This document shows positions 18,205-28,299 of a DNA stretch of 64,000 nt, one piece after another. Within the stretch, counting starts at the first letter, position 1; every line of letters begins with the position of its first letter. Made by a program: the position numbers and the translations under genes. Below the pieces are notes generated by a model that was not told the DNA's origin, did not search any database, and was given only the letters and a program-made list of their open reading frames with translations. This stretch comes from a virus (taxonomy: Duplodnaviria; Caudoviricetes): the IMG/VR virus record IMGVR_UViG_3300013121_000013, positions 64,001 to 128,000 of that record, one strand, 5' to 3'.

Positions 18205-20634
18205 GTGTTAAGTATGCCTTTGCCATATTCTCCGTACTTACCAAGACCATATTCTGCCGACGAGGAAATATTAATTCCTGGATTCGGAGGATTAAGCTCT
18301 ATTTTATGCCCTTGCCCTCCTTATCCTTATTTTCTTCCTATTTATTATCCTAACATTTATTGCCCATACCCAGATCTTGTACCTGGCGCCGGAGGAACAG
18401 GTCCTCAGGGCCCTCAAGGGTACCAGGGGCCACAGGGCTCTCAAGGACCTCAAGGGGACCAAGGTCCACAGGGCTCTCAAGGACCTCAAGGAAATCAAGG
18501 TGAACAAGGACCCCAAGGACCTCAAGGATACCAAGGTGACCAAGGACCTCAAGGATACCAAGGTGACCAAGGACCTCAAGGATACCAAGGCGATCAGGGC
18601 TATCAGGGGCTACAAGGAGAACAAGGTCCGCAAGGTGCCCAAGGACCGCAAGGAAATCAAGGACCACAAGGTTATCAGGGATATCAAGGCCCCATAGGTA
18701 ACTACGCACTTACTGTATATGGTGTATACGCCGGCTTATGCTTAGTCAGTGCTTTTAGCTCTATAAGTTTAAGAAATCAGACAGTTCCCGTACCACCGAC
18801 CCCGGCCTTAGAAGTTTATCTTTTAGACGATGTTCTTTTAAACTCTAACCCTCTTGTCTTCACGGCTACAGATGCAACTACTCTAACAATAGAGGAAGAT
18901 GGCTATTACTCTATCGAATATCAGATAGCTTTAAAATGGGTAACAACTCCAGCAGATGAAGCTGCAGTTGAATGTAAATTATTGCTTAACGGAGCACCTT
19001 TAGTTGGAGGTGCTTCGGTTATATATATGACCGAAACAGCAGGAGGCAGTAATGATTTGCATTCTACATCCAAGCAAAAATTATCATATCTTGAGGCTGG
19101 AGACGAGCTAGCTGTAACTGTTGAGCAAATAAGCGGGGCGAGCGTCGTTGCTGTAGAGACAAGCGCTTATCATTGCACTTTAGACGTGCATAGAATTTCT
19201 TGCGATACAGGTCCACAAGGATACCAAGGCGACCAAGGACCTCAAGGCGATCAAGGTCCTCAAGGCGATCAAGGATACCAAGGAGATCAAGGTCCTCAAG
19301 GCTATCAAGGACCACAAGGAGATCAGGGTTATCAAGGTGATCAAGGATACCAAGGAGATCAAGGCTATCAAGGTCCTCAAGGAGATCAAGGTCCTCAAGG
19401 AGATCAAGGCTATCAAGGTCCTCAAGGAGATCAAGGCTATCAAGGTCCTCAAGGAGATCAAGGTGTGCCAGGACCTTCTCATGATCCTGTAACCTTCTCT
19501 TTGTTATCTCTTGATTATCTTACCATTTTAGGGCAAAAGATAACACAGAACCCTATAGACTTATCTTCAGACGTTACAGGAATTCTTGGTCTAGCATATG
19601 GAGGTACAGGCGCAGACTTATCAACAGTAGCTGGTCAAGATAGAATTCTATATTGGAATGATGCAGGTTTAACCACGGCTTGGTTAAATATAGATACAAC
19701 ATTGCAGATCTCTGCCGGTGCCTTAGGTGTAACATATCCAGTTGAGCTGTCAGAAGGCGGTACAGGCGCAGACTTATCAACAGTAGCTGGTCAAGATAGA
19801 ATTCTATATTGGAATGATGCAGGTTCAACCACGGCTTGGTTAAATATAGGCGCTGGTTTATATATTTCTGCCGGAGCCTTGGTTGCTGCTACTACGTTTG
19901 ACGCCAGCGCTATAACTACTGGAACAGTAGACACAGCCAGGCTAGGAACAGGTACGGCCAATAACACTGTAGTTCTAAGAGGAGATCAGACTTGGGCACA
20001 GGTCAATACTTCTCAGATGGCTAACGACGCTGTTACAGACGCTATTCTGAGAAATAGTACAGCATGCTCTATTATAGGTCGAAGCGCTAATTCAACAGGT
20101 GATCCGGCTGATATCTCAGCTGGTTCTGATGGGCTATATTTAGGACGACGTTCGAGTGCTCTTGGCTTCTATGCGCCTAACGGCAACGAACTAGCGATCG
20201 TTGGCGCCGTCTACCGTAGTACGGCTAACCAATCTATTAGCCAGAATACTCCAACAATACTCCTGACGGGCTCTACCACCCTAGACCTTAACACGAACAG
20301 TTTTACCAGCGGAGCAACCAGCGGTTTCCTCAAGATTCCGACTGGCTATGGTGGTTGGTACGAGGTTGGATATTCGGTGGCTTGGGATACGATCAGCACC
20401 GCTGGTCACGTCTCCGCGCAGCTGGTAGACAGTGACAGCAACGTCTACGCCCTGAGCCGGCACAACACCACCTCAACCTCGGCGGCCCACGGTCATGCAG
20501 CTTCGGCGCTCATCTACCTGGCTGATGGCAAGGAGATCGCTGTGCGCGTCAACCAAAGTCCGGTGGCCAGCGTAAACATTTTGGCATCATCTAGACAGTC
20601 TGCTATCTTATGGCTATTTAAAGTGGGGAATTAA
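18205..20634 (+). CDS. Collagen-like tail fibre with two Gly-X-Y blocks and C1q/BclA-like beta domains
   Basis: GPQ/GYQ/GDQ triplet runs; [15 protein letters not shown] and [12 protein letters not shown]...[12 protein letters not shown] beta domains; start probably 18214. Confidence 0.8.
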   Translation: MLSMPLPYSPYLPRPYSADEEILIPGFGGLSSILCPCPPYPYFLPIYYPNIYCPYPDLVPGAGGTGPQGPQGYQGPQGSQGPQGDQGPQGSQGPQGNQGEQGPQGPQGYQGDQGPQGYQGDQGPQGYQGDQGYQGLQGEQGPQGAQGPQGNQGPQGYQGYQGPIGNYALTVYGVYAGLCLVSAFSSISLRNQTVPVPPTPALEVYLLDDVLLNSNPLVFTATDATTLTIEEDGYYSIEYQIALKWVTTPADEAAVECKLLLNGAPLVGGASVIYMTETAGGSNDLHSTSKQKLSYLEAGDELAVTVEQISGASVVAVETSAYHCTLDVHRISCDTGPQGYQGDQGPQGDQGPQGDQGYQGDQGPQGYQGPQGDQGYQGDQGYQGDQGYQGPQGDQGPQGDQGYQGPQGDQGYQGPQGDQGVPGPSHDPVTFSLLSLDYLTILGQKITQNPIDLSSDVTGILGLAYGGTGADLSTVAGQDRILYWNDAGLTTAWLNIDTTLQISAGALGVTYPVELSEGGTGADLSTVAGQDRILYWNDAGSTTAWLNIGAGLYISAGALVAATTFDASAITTGTVDTARLGTGTANNTVVLRGDQTWAQVNTSQMANDAVTDAILRNSTACSIIGRSANSTGDPADISAGSDGLYLGRRSSALGFYAPNGNELAIVGAVYRSTANQSISQNTPTILLTGSTTLDLNTNSFTSGATSGFLKIPTGYGGWYEVGYSVAWDTISTAGHVSAQLVDSDSNVYALSRHNTTSTSAAHGHAASALIYLADGKEIAVRVNQSPVASVNILASSRQSAILWLFKVGN
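18400..18696 (+). repeat. Collagen Gly-X-Gln repeat block 1 (33 triplets)
   Basis: 9-nt periodic GGN-NNN-CAR repeats. Confidence 0.9.
19210..19479 (+). repeat. Collagen Gly-X-Gln repeat block 2 (30 triplets)
   Basis: 9-nt periodic repeats. Confidence 0.9.
19603..19849 (+). repeat. 91-nt in-frame direct repeat (19603-19693 and 19759-19849)
   Basis: encodes [22 protein letters not shown][L/S]TTAWLNI twice; one nucleotide mismatch; period 156 nt. Confidence 0.9.
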
Positions 20635-20636
20635 CT

Positions 20637-21107
20637 ATGACGCGGCTGGAATATACTGCTCCAGTAAACCTAAATGGTGCCCAGCTGATAAAAGAGTTAA
20701 TTATCGCTGGCCTACCAGAGCCTGACGATTTGTATTTACAGGGGCAAACTTTAATATTACTCTGGTCTACTACTCTCGTAGAAGCACAGATCACCATAGC
20801 AGACAGTACAGTGGCCTCCCATGATTGGACCGAGGCAAAAGAAACTCAGGCCAGGCGGGCAAAGGTCAAGGAGATGGCTGCGGCCCTGGCAGGCTCCCTG
20901 GATGACCCCATGGCGGTGATCGCCCGCAACGGGAATCGCGTGACCTACCAGGCCGTGACCGCACTGTGGGTCAAGTTCAACCAGCTGATCGACCACCTCA
21001 ACGGCAAGGGGCCGCTTCCAACCAAACTGCCTGCTCCCCGCACCTGGAAGCAAGTGCTGGACGCCGGTAGGGGCCTGGCTCAATCCGAGACCGATCCTGA
21101 GGCTTAA
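20637..21107 (+). CDS. Putative tail fibre assembly/chaperone protein, GC-rich 3' part
   Basis: 156 aa directly after the fibre gene; C/G-ending codons unlike flanking genes. Confidence 0.45.
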   Translation: MTRLEYTAPVNLNGAQLIKELIIAGLPEPDDLYLQGQTLILLWSTTLVEAQITIADSTVASHDWTEAKETQARRAKVKEMAAALAGSLDDPMAVIARNGNRVTYQAVTALWVKFNQLIDHLNGKGPLPTKLPAPRTWKQVLDAGRGLAQSETDPEA

Positions 21108-21110
21108 AAT

Positions 21111-22085
21111 ATGAATAGACAAATTCTTTTTGAAAATAGAAGAGCCATTGGGGACGCTATAGTTCTAAGCGCAGCTATTAGAGATTTTAAATTTTCGTAT
21201 CCAGATATAGATATTTGCGTAAGTACAGAATATCCTGAATTGTGGATCAATAATCCGCATATAAAAAATCTTACAGCACCAGTTGAAAGGGTTGGACTTT
21301 TTGTAAACTCGTATGTAAGAGCTTCGCAGAATAGATCAATCAAAATTCACTATATTCAAGTCTTCCATAAAGTTATAAAAGATCTTATAGGTTTAAAGGT
21401 CGATTGTTTAATTCCAAAACCAGATTTGCATCTTAGTAATGACGAGATAGAAAATAGAATTCTAAATTACCCGTACTGGGTTATAGTTGCTGGCACTAAG
21501 AGGCACGCAACAACTAAACAATGGCATTTCAATAGATATCAGCAAGTTGTAAATATACTATCAAAAGAAGACAATTTGAAGTTTGTACAAGTAGGAACCA
21601 CCAAGGATAACGTATCATCAGTCAAGCACATACATCCAAAATTATCTGGCGTGGTAGATTTAGTAGATAAAACTAATCTTAGGCAGTTAATGAGTTTAAT
21701 ATATAATTCTAGTGGCGTAATTTGCCCAATCACTTCGTCCATGCACATTGCTGCAGCTTTTGATAAACCGTGCGTAGTGCTAGCAGGCGGTAGAGAAGAA
21801 TATACTTGGAGCGCGTACTCTAAAGATAACGATGCTTTTAATATTAGCCAAAAGAATAATATTATAGTTTCACACAGGTATCTAAACACTATAGGAAAGC
21901 TCCAGTGCTGTCGTAATAGTGGTTGCTGGAAAAGTCATGTTGAGGCTGAAGGTACGTATCCGTTTACACCATCATTGAAGACTTTATGCCCTTTACCTAT
22001 AAAGTCTGAGCCGATGACTGTACCTAAGTGCTTGGATCTAATATCCGTGACAGACGTGGTAGAGGCTGTTAGAAGTTATTACTAG
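21111..22085 (+). CDS. Glycosyltransferase family 9 (ADP-heptose-dependent heptosyltransferase-like)
   Basis: AIGDAI, WINNPHI, KQW, DLVDKTNLRQL, SSMHIAAAFDKPCVVL motifs; Cys-rich C-terminus CC..GCW...CP...C. Confidence 0.85.
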   Translation: MNRQILFENRRAIGDAIVLSAAIRDFKFSYPDIDICVSTEYPELWINNPHIKNLTAPVERVGLFVNSYVRASQNRSIKIHYIQVFHKVIKDLIGLKVDCLIPKPDLHLSNDEIENRILNYPYWVIVAGTKRHATTKQWHFNRYQQVVNILSKEDNLKFVQVGTTKDNVSSVKHIHPKLSGVVDLVDKTNLRQLMSLIYNSSGVICPITSSMHIAAAFDKPCVVLAGGREEYTWSAYSKDNDAFNISQKNNIIVSHRYLNTIGKLQCCRNSGCWKSHVEAEGTYPFTPSLKTLCPLPIKSEPMTVPKCLDLISVTDVVEAVRSYY

Positions 22086-22104
22086 TTGTGTCTGGAGTTC
22101 ATAT

Positions 22105-22509
22105 ATGGCAAATCCAAATAGAAGAATAAAACTAACAAGGACAGCTCAAGTTGCGAACTTAAGCATGCCTTCGTTTACATATACTGTCACTTCAAGTGAC
22201 GGCAATCTAATGGAGAATGATATATTTGTTTTTAGAAAGATCGTTACTAATAATTTGACAAACGAAACTCAAGATTTTTTTGATAGAGTAGCGTCTATAG
22301 TAGATTTAAGCAATGTCCCTATTGGCGCTCCTAACGAAGGAGAAGAAGAATTTAGAGGCTCTTCATTTACTATTTCATTTGATAATCAATCTCTTGGAGA
22401 TGAAGTTTGGAGTGCAATACAATCTGGAGCTAGAGATTTAAAAAGAGCCCTTGATGCAAGTGAGAATCTTGGAGCCGCAGAGGAAGTTTGGGTCGGTATC
22501 GAGCCTTAA
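22105..22509 (+). CDS. Hypothetical protein
   Basis: 134 aa, GGAG RBS. Confidence 0.5.
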   Translation: MANPNRRIKLTRTAQVANLSMPSFTYTVTSSDGNLMENDIFVFRKIVTNNLTNETQDFFDRVASIVDLSNVPIGAPNEGEEEFRGSSFTISFDNQSLGDEVWSAIQSGARDLKRALDASENLGAAEEVWVGIEP

Positions 22510-22530
22510 TATATAAAGGAGTTCTCTACA

Positions 22531-22797
22531 TTGACTACTATTACAAATACTATTTTATTGCAACTTTCGTCTAACTTAGCCTATGTTAGGGAGTTTCCTT
22601 TTTTGAAGATTAGACAAAGCCCAGTGGCCAGCTGCTGTAGTCAGCAAGCTTCTAGGAATATAGATTTTAATAATGCAAAGGTTAAAATTGCTAGCCTATC
22701 AGGCGATAGGCTTAAAAGATTTAAAGAGATAGTAGGAGCTGATGAAATCAAAGTATTGTATAAAAATGGTAATAAAGTTCTAACTAAACTGCTCTAA
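22531..22797 (+). CDS. Hypothetical protein
   Basis: 88 aa, AAGGAG RBS before a TTG start. Confidence 0.45.
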   Translation: MTTITNTILLQLSSNLAYVREFPFLKIRQSPVASCCSQQASRNIDFNNAKVKIASLSGDRLKRFKEIVGADEIKVLYKNGNKVLTKLL

Positions 22798-22813
22798 ATC
22801 AGAGCACGAAATC

Positions 22814-22824
22814 TGGCATAATAT
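22814..22824 (+). promoter_or_regulatory. Extended -10-like element TGGCATAATAT
   Basis: TGn-CATAAT; near-identical TGTCATAATAT at 47364-47374; both intergenic and upstream of operons. Confidence 0.4.
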
Positions 22825-22834
22825 ATGCAAGAGC

Positions 22835-22977
22835 ATAGCTCAGCTAGTGATTTTTTTAGATTTTAATTTATATTTTGAATATTGTATTACATATAATCCT
22901 GTTGACGTTTTGGCAAGATAAGCCAAAATAGTCCGGGGTTATATGTAGTACAAAAGTAACTTTTTAAGTTTAGCTAT
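22835..22977 (+). ncRNA. Candidate structured RNA / 5' leader (long hairpin with central bubble)
   Basis: 20-bp stem 22882-22901/22934-22953 whose three non-Watson-Crick pairs are all G-U; inner stem TTTTGGC/GCCAAAA; outer stem 22835-22845/22967-22977. Confidence 0.45.
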
Positions 22978-23004
22978 TGGATATAAAATTTTTAAGGAGT
23001 TTTC

Positions 23005-23325
23005 ATGAAGGTGTCTAGTTCAGATGTAAAGGCCGTGGCGTTTAGTGATGACGACGGGCAGTTGTGGGTTGAGGTTGAAGGATCAACCGTAGATTCAGTT
23101 AGAAGTACAGAGGCTAAGCTTTGTGCTATTAAAGCTGCCTCTGAACAAGGATATGGTCGATGCGGGTTTAATCAAGATACAGGACCATTTATAGTTGATG
23201 AAAATGGAAAAGAAGTAACTTCCGTCAATGATTCGGAAAAGCTAAAGAAAGAATCCGAACTTCTGACTAGCGGTAAAGCTAGGTATAGAAATAGACTGAG
23301 ATTGATGCAGGGTACAGGTGTGTAA
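23005..23325 (+). CDS. Hypothetical protein
   Basis: 106 aa, TAAGGAG RBS. Confidence 0.55.
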   Translation: MKVSSSDVKAVAFSDDDGQLWVEVEGSTVDSVRSTEAKLCAIKAASEQGYGRCGFNQDTGPFIVDENGKEVTSVNDSEKLKKESELLTSGKARYRNRLRLMQGTGV

Positions 23326-23804
23326 TGTCGGTAAAGAGGTTTAAGTCAGAAGATATAAAAAGAAACTGTACTCACATGTCGGCATCATTCAAAAGAGTTC
23401 TATCTGAAATGTGTGCTGACAAAGAAAGTCTTACTCCTGGCGAAGCCCTTGTATTTTGGATGTTCGATCTTTTAGCAGCTACTAATATATTTATTGATAA
23501 GCTCAAATGTGAAGAAGGGATGCTTCTTTTAGCGGATGAACTGTTTAGAGTCATATCGACTTATGGCAATAAATTAGAAGACGCTATTAAAAATAATGAT
23601 GAAGAGCTTCCTATATCTGAACTTATAATTTGTGACAGGCAGAGAGTAGGGTTAATAGGATACAACGGCTTCATTGATGTTATTGAAGCTAAAAAAATTA
23701 GTGATAATAAAATAGGCTCGTTCCTAGAAAGAATTAATTACAGCCTGGCAACTTTATATGTAAGACAGAATATAAAGTTTATTACAGAAAAAGAGGAAAA
23801 GTAA
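23325..23804 (+). CDS. Hypothetical protein
   Basis: 159 aa, TAATG coupling. Confidence 0.55.
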   Translation: MSVKRFKSEDIKRNCTHMSASFKRVLSEMCADKESLTPGEALVFWMFDLLAATNIFIDKLKCEEGMLLLADELFRVISTYGNKLEDAIKNNDEELPISELIICDRQRVGLIGYNGFIDVIEAKKISDNKIGSFLERINYSLATLYVRQNIKFITEKEEK

Positions 23805-24517
23805 TGACATTACTAGCATCTCAGCGCGATAAACATAGAGAGGTGTGGACTAATCAAAATTCTTTTGCCACTACTCTTCTAATATTAGCATTAGATACTT
23901 ATGAAACTGAGATGCTAGAATGGTCTCCTCTAACAATAAGACAAGAAATACAAGAAGACTTTCATGTTAATATACCGCCTGCCAATTTCGATAGATTAAT
24001 GCAGGGCATAATTCATTTAACCCAGCCTTTAAACTTTTATAAAAGTCTGCCTGACTTTAATGAGACATGTAATGTATTTGGCGGGGATCTGGCCAGCCCA
24101 AAACTTGTAAATCCAGCCGATGTGACAGACATAGCCTGGGGTATAACTGAAGCTTCTTTAATATGGCCAGCGGAAGAGGATGAGCCATTTTCCGAGGAAA
24201 TTATTGGGTTTATAGCTGCAACTTTAGATGAAGAAGGAATTCTTGTTCCGCCAGATATCCTTAAGCTCTCTGGAGTTAATGAAGAACTTATCCAAAGAAT
24301 AAGAATGGATTTTTCAGATGATCCAGAGATGTTTTCTGCCATCTGGGATATGGAGCACCAGAAAACTGAAGAAATAAATTTGATAGTATTCGCTAGAATT
24401 GAAGAGCTTATTAAACAACTTAAATCATTATCACTAAAAGTAGGTGATGCTATTAAGGCAGCCGAAAAACTTGAAAAGGGCCTATTAGAGCATCGAAGGA
24501 AAGCACAGAAGCTTTAG
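23804..24517 (+). CDS. Hypothetical acidic helical protein
   Basis: 237 aa, TAATG coupling. Confidence 0.55.
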   Translation: MTLLASQRDKHREVWTNQNSFATTLLILALDTYETEMLEWSPLTIRQEIQEDFHVNIPPANFDRLMQGIIHLTQPLNFYKSLPDFNETCNVFGGDLASPKLVNPADVTDIAWGITEASLIWPAEEDEPFSEEIIGFIAATLDEEGILVPPDILKLSGVNEELIQRIRMDFSDDPEMFSAIWDMEHQKTEEINLIVFARIEELIKQLKSLSLKVGDAIKAAEKLEKGLLEHRRKAQKL

Positions 24518-24524
24518 GGGTAAA

Positions 24525-26135
24525 ATGAGTAGTTTTGAAGACAAGCTTGTCCAATACATTAAGGGTGGTGGGCAAGCTTTTTTCGTTGATACATTAGAAA
24601 CAGCTAGATGTCAAAGATCTATAAAACAAGTTGCTGAAAAGTTAAGCAAAAAAACAAAAACAAAAGTTATAACATGGGATTGCATAAACGGATTTGATAT
24701 AGAAGGCGGAGATCGGTTTACAGCACTGCAAAAAGCTATCTTAGCTACTGTTGATTCTTCTGCACTGGGGCCTGGTGACGCTCTTGTAGTGTTTAAAAAT
24801 GCTCATCCGTGGTTAAGTAAGGTCCCAGAAATAAGGCAGGCGTTTAAGAATCTTAGAGAAATCAATGCCTTTAATTCAATATCACATTTCAGGCGACCTC
24901 TGATCTTTTTATCTAATTCTTACGAAGTTCATCCGGAAATCACTCATGATCTAGTTAAGTTAACATTTGAACTTCCTACAACAGAAGAGCTTTTATCAGT
25001 ATTCAATCAAGTTGAATCTGTAGTTAAATCTATGCTCGGAGAAGAAGGTAGATGCGACGATGTGCTTAAAGACAGGATACTTAGAAATTTATTAGGCCTG
25101 ACCGAATGTGAAGCCGAAAATATCTTATATTATGCTGTAAATCAGAGTAAAGGATTTAATAACGATGTTTTAGAAATCCTAGAGGAAGAGAAAGCAAGCT
25201 CTATCAATAGTGGCAGCATTCTGGAATATGTACCAAGACGTAAGATTGAGTCTATAGATAACTTTAAAGGGTTTGAAAGATATATCGATTGGCTCAAGTC
25301 TAGACTTAAGACTTATACACCAGAGGCCAGAGCTAGAAATCTTGAATTTCCTAAGGGTGCAGCTCTGATTGGCCCTCCTGGCACAGGCAAAAGCGCTATA
25401 GCGAAAGCTACTGCAAAAATGCTGAATTTGCCTTTGGTTATTCTCGACTATTCAGCTACCTTCAACTCTTTGGTTGGAGAAAGTGAAGGAGCACTTAGAA
25501 ACTCTTTAAAGCAGATCAGAGGCCTAAGAGGAAGTGTAATGCTTATCGATGAGGCAGATAAGGCATTACAAGGACAAGGCGATCTAAGCGGTGTTTCTCA
25601 AAGATTGAGCGGAATATTACTAAGTTGGCTAACAGATAGGCCTCCAGATGACCGGACTTTTGTTTTGTTTACGCTTAATCGAACTGAAGGAATTAGACCA
25701 GAGACACTACGAGCAGGGCGACTCGATAAGATGTGGTGTACACGGATTCCTAATGACCGGGAAAGATGGGAAATCTTTGATGTTCACTGCAAAATAAGGA
25801 ATATAAAGACTAAATATAATGAAAAGGAAAAACAGGCGTTCCTTCAGGCCACTAAGGGATATGTAGGCTCAGAAATAGAGCAGGTTGTTATCGATTCTCA
25901 AGTCGCAGACTTCGATATTGGTAAAGATAATTCTGAAGTTATTCCTATGAATGTAGTACTAAAAGAAGCATATTCTATTACTCCGGTAAGTAGACTGGAC
26001 TCAGAGAATATCAAACAAATAGAACAGTTTTGTAAGGATAGGGCTTTTCCTGTTGGTCTTTCTGACGAAGACGGCAAATCTAATACTAAGAATAAAACAG
26101 GAAGAGGGTTAGAAATGGATAATTGGGAATCATAA
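24525..26135 (+). CDS. AAA+ ATPase, Ycf46-like
   Basis: Walker A GPPGTGKS, Walker B MLIDEADK, LRAGRLD arginine finger; degenerate N-terminal AAA domain (TWDCING). Confidence 0.85.
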   Translation: MSSFEDKLVQYIKGGGQAFFVDTLETARCQRSIKQVAEKLSKKTKTKVITWDCINGFDIEGGDRFTALQKAILATVDSSALGPGDALVVFKNAHPWLSKVPEIRQAFKNLREINAFNSISHFRRPLIFLSNSYEVHPEITHDLVKLTFELPTTEELLSVFNQVESVVKSMLGEEGRCDDVLKDRILRNLLGLTECEAENILYYAVNQSKGFNNDVLEILEEEKASSINSGSILEYVPRRKIESIDNFKGFERYIDWLKSRLKTYTPEARARNLEFPKGAALIGPPGTGKSAIAKATAKMLNLPLVILDYSATFNSLVGESEGALRNSLKQIRGLRGSVMLIDEADKALQGQGDLSGVSQRLSGILLSWLTDRPPDDRTFVLFTLNRTEGIRPETLRAGRLDKMWCTRIPNDRERWEIFDVHCKIRNIKTKYNEKEKQAFLQATKGYVGSEIEQVVIDSQVADFDIGKDNSEVIPMNVVLKEAYSITPVSRLDSENIKQIEQFCKDRAFPVGLSDEDGKSNTKNKTGRGLEMDNWES

Positions 26136-26137
26136 AA

Positions 26138-27157
26138 ATGAGCATAGCTGTGCAGAAACAGCCTGACGAAGTTAAATCTACACTTCAATCTGCGAGAGAG
26201 ACTCTAGGAAGCGCCAAGACTTTTAATAAAGTCATGAGCAGATGTCTGCTTGTCACTATGACGTTCAATAGATGGCGTGGTCTTTATCAGATAGATAAAG
26301 CTCAAACACTATCAGATGGAAAAGTTATTCCTGAAGAACTTTCAACGCCTGGCAAGTGGAAATTAATTCCAGATGAGTTAAATAAAAGTCTAAACGCGTT
26401 GGAATCGTCTGCCAGATCAATACTTGCTAGAAGGTCTGTGTCATTTAAACTTCCATCTGTCTATATAGTTCCAATATCTGCTGCTGACAAGCTATTCGAA
26501 GATTTGAAACGTATTAGGTTAGATCTAGAAGAAGCGGCCGATAACTTTTGCTCTCCCCAGAATTATAAAACAATACTTCAGGAGTTATTTAAAAAGGTGA
26601 ACTCTGATACAGAGTTGTTTAAAACTGTAAAGGGTCTTTTACCATCTAGGGATAAACTACGAAGTAAGTTTGGAATAACCTGTGCCCTGGTTCCTATAGG
26701 ATCTCTCAATACTGATTTTGAAGATAACGCCTCAGAATTTATTAAAGAAGCTCAAGCTGAGACACGAAAGTTTATCAAGGAATCTATTGAGTCTATGCTT
26801 AGCGAACCAAGGAAGGAGCTTGAAAACGCTCTATTAAACCTATCTAGTATTTTACAGAAAAGACATTCAGAAGGTAGCGTACGTAGCAGTGTCCGACAGG
26901 CCAGTATCGATAACGTAAGAGCTGCACTTCAAAAACTAAAAGATTTTAGCTTTATAGCTGACGATCAACTTTTAGATCAAATGAATACTTTGGATTCTCA
27001 GTTAGCTAAAACTACACCCAAAGAGCTGAACTCGTCTCTAGAAATATCTCAAAGTATTAACGCCACACTTAAAAGTATAGCTGCTAAAGCAGCTGACGAT
27101 GATGCTGCTTTGCTTCAATTTGATAAATTCTCTCGAAGTCTAGACTTTGAAGAATAG
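26138..27157 (+). CDS. DUF3150-like helical protein
   Basis: KLIP...L..LESSARSILARRSVSF...YIVP pattern; next to the AAA ATPase. Confidence 0.5.
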   Translation: MSIAVQKQPDEVKSTLQSARETLGSAKTFNKVMSRCLLVTMTFNRWRGLYQIDKAQTLSDGKVIPEELSTPGKWKLIPDELNKSLNALESSARSILARRSVSFKLPSVYIVPISAADKLFEDLKRIRLDLEEAADNFCSPQNYKTILQELFKKVNSDTELFKTVKGLLPSRDKLRSKFGITCALVPIGSLNTDFEDNASEFIKEAQAETRKFIKESIESMLSEPRKELENALLNLSSILQKRHSEGSVRSSVRQASIDNVRAALQKLKDFSFIADDQLLDQMNTLDSQLAKTTPKELNSSLEISQSINATLKSIAAKAADDDAALLQFDKFSRSLDFEE

Positions 27158-27171
27158 AATCTGGAGATAGA

Positions 27172-27489
27172 ATGCCGTGCCATCAGATCAATCTTATGTC
27201 CGTTAAGATAGAAGCTGCCGATAGAAATCTATTAGAACAAGCACTTCAGAAGTTGAAGTTAAAATATACTAGAAACGGCCAAAAGTTTGTTATTAATGTC
27301 GGGTCTCAGACCATCACTATAAACGAAAATTCTGCAACATTGCCAATTTCGATGCAGAATACTTTAAATGATATTAAACAACAATATTCTAAAGAAGTAG
27401 TAATGGAAGCAGCATCACAGTATGGATGGACTATTTTCGGAGAGGAAAGTGAAGAAACTGGTCATTCGATTGTGCTGAGGAGATACTAA
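27172..27489 (+). CDS. DUF1257/Ycf35-like protein
   Basis: D..LLEQALQKL...KQQYSKEVV..AA..YGW...EE...G.IVLRR pattern. Confidence 0.55.
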   Translation: MPCHQINLMSVKIEAADRNLLEQALQKLKLKYTRNGQKFVINVGSQTITINENSATLPISMQNTLNDIKQQYSKEVVMEAASQYGWTIFGEESEETGHSIVLRRY

Positions 27490-27492
27490 TAA

Positions 27493-27729
27493 ATGACTAA
27501 GGTTGGGTTGTCTAAACTTATGATTAATGTGCTACCAGAAACCCTTATGAATTTAAGGCGGCATTCTCTAACTAAGGCTGGATCTGGACCTCCCTATCCA
27601 ATTGGAAGGATCGTTGATGAGCTGGTAAAGGCGCATATACCTGATTATGTATCAATTGAAGCTTCACACAGTCCTGCTCCATCTTTTGATATTGATAAGG
27701 ATGGGCCAAGAATCGTGCATGAAAGTTAA
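27493..27729 (+). CDS. Small putative ribbon-helix-helix DNA-binding protein
   Basis: LMINVLPETLMNLR...IGRIVDELV strand-helix-helix pattern. Confidence 0.35.
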   Translation: MTKVGLSKLMINVLPETLMNLRRHSLTKAGSGPPYPIGRIVDELVKAHIPDYVSIEASHSPAPSFDIDKDGPRIVHES

Positions 27730-27732
27730 ATA

Positions 27733-27945
27733 ATGCAAGCTGAAATGTCGATCAAAATTCTTAAAGACGGCACTATTAAAGTGATTACTGACGGACCAGT
27801 ACCAGAAGAACATCACCAAAATGCTGAAGAGTTTTTGTCATTTATTGCCGACAAAGCCGGAGGAGATAGGTCCACTGAGAAACTAAAAGAGCACCACCAC
27901 TATCATGTTGACGGTACTAGCCACTCTCATGTGCATAAACATTAA
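27733..27945 (+). CDS. DUF2997-like small protein with His-rich tail
   Basis: IKILKDGTIKVITDG; C-terminal HHHYH..SHSHVHKH. Confidence 0.5.
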   Translation: MQAEMSIKILKDGTIKVITDGPVPEEHHQNAEEFLSFIADKAGGDRSTEKLKEHHHYHVDGTSHSHVHKH

Positions 27946-27972
27946 TATCTAGTTCTTTGTCGGAGAATCAAA

Positions 27973-28290
27973 ATGAGCTTTCGATTCATTAGATGGTGCG
28001 TTTGTTATAAAAATGTCGAAGGCAATATCTCCGACGATCAAAGGGAAGAAATTCTTTCTTCCAGTACGTCGGAAAAACATAGGATTCGAATATATAAACT
28101 TAGAGGTGCTGGCAAGAAGTTTAAAATTCTTCTCCTTAATCATCAAGATGACGAAGTTCAAAGAGAGCTTGTTATTGCTGGATTGGGCGGAGATCCCTTT
28201 CCATGTGTATCGGAAGCTTTAAAGAGTAAGGAGTTTAAACGTGGAGCCACTATTGTAGGTCGTAAATATCCTGCAGATGGGAACGAATGA
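27973..28290 (+). CDS. Hypothetical protein
   Basis: 105 aa, GGAG RBS. Confidence 0.5.
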   Translation: MSFRFIRWCVCYKNVEGNISDDQREEILSSSTSEKHRIRIYKLRGAGKKFKILLLNHQDDEVQRELVIAGLGGDPFPCVSEALKSKEFKRGATIVGRKYPADGNE

Positions 28291-28299
28291 ACTAATACG

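Noticed and set aside
18304-19482. Repetitive alternate-frame and antisense ORFs, and CRISPR-like periodicity
   Set aside because: These are shadows of the 9-nt collagen codon repeat; there are no unique spacers and no cas genes
19603-19849. Direct repeat in the fibre gene as a DGR template/variable repeat pair
   Set aside because: Both copies are in frame within one gene, differ at one base only, and no reverse transcriptase is in the window
22902-22930. Sigma-70 promoter from TTGACG
   Set aside because: No credible -10 at 16-18 nt spacing; the hexamer lies within the hairpin
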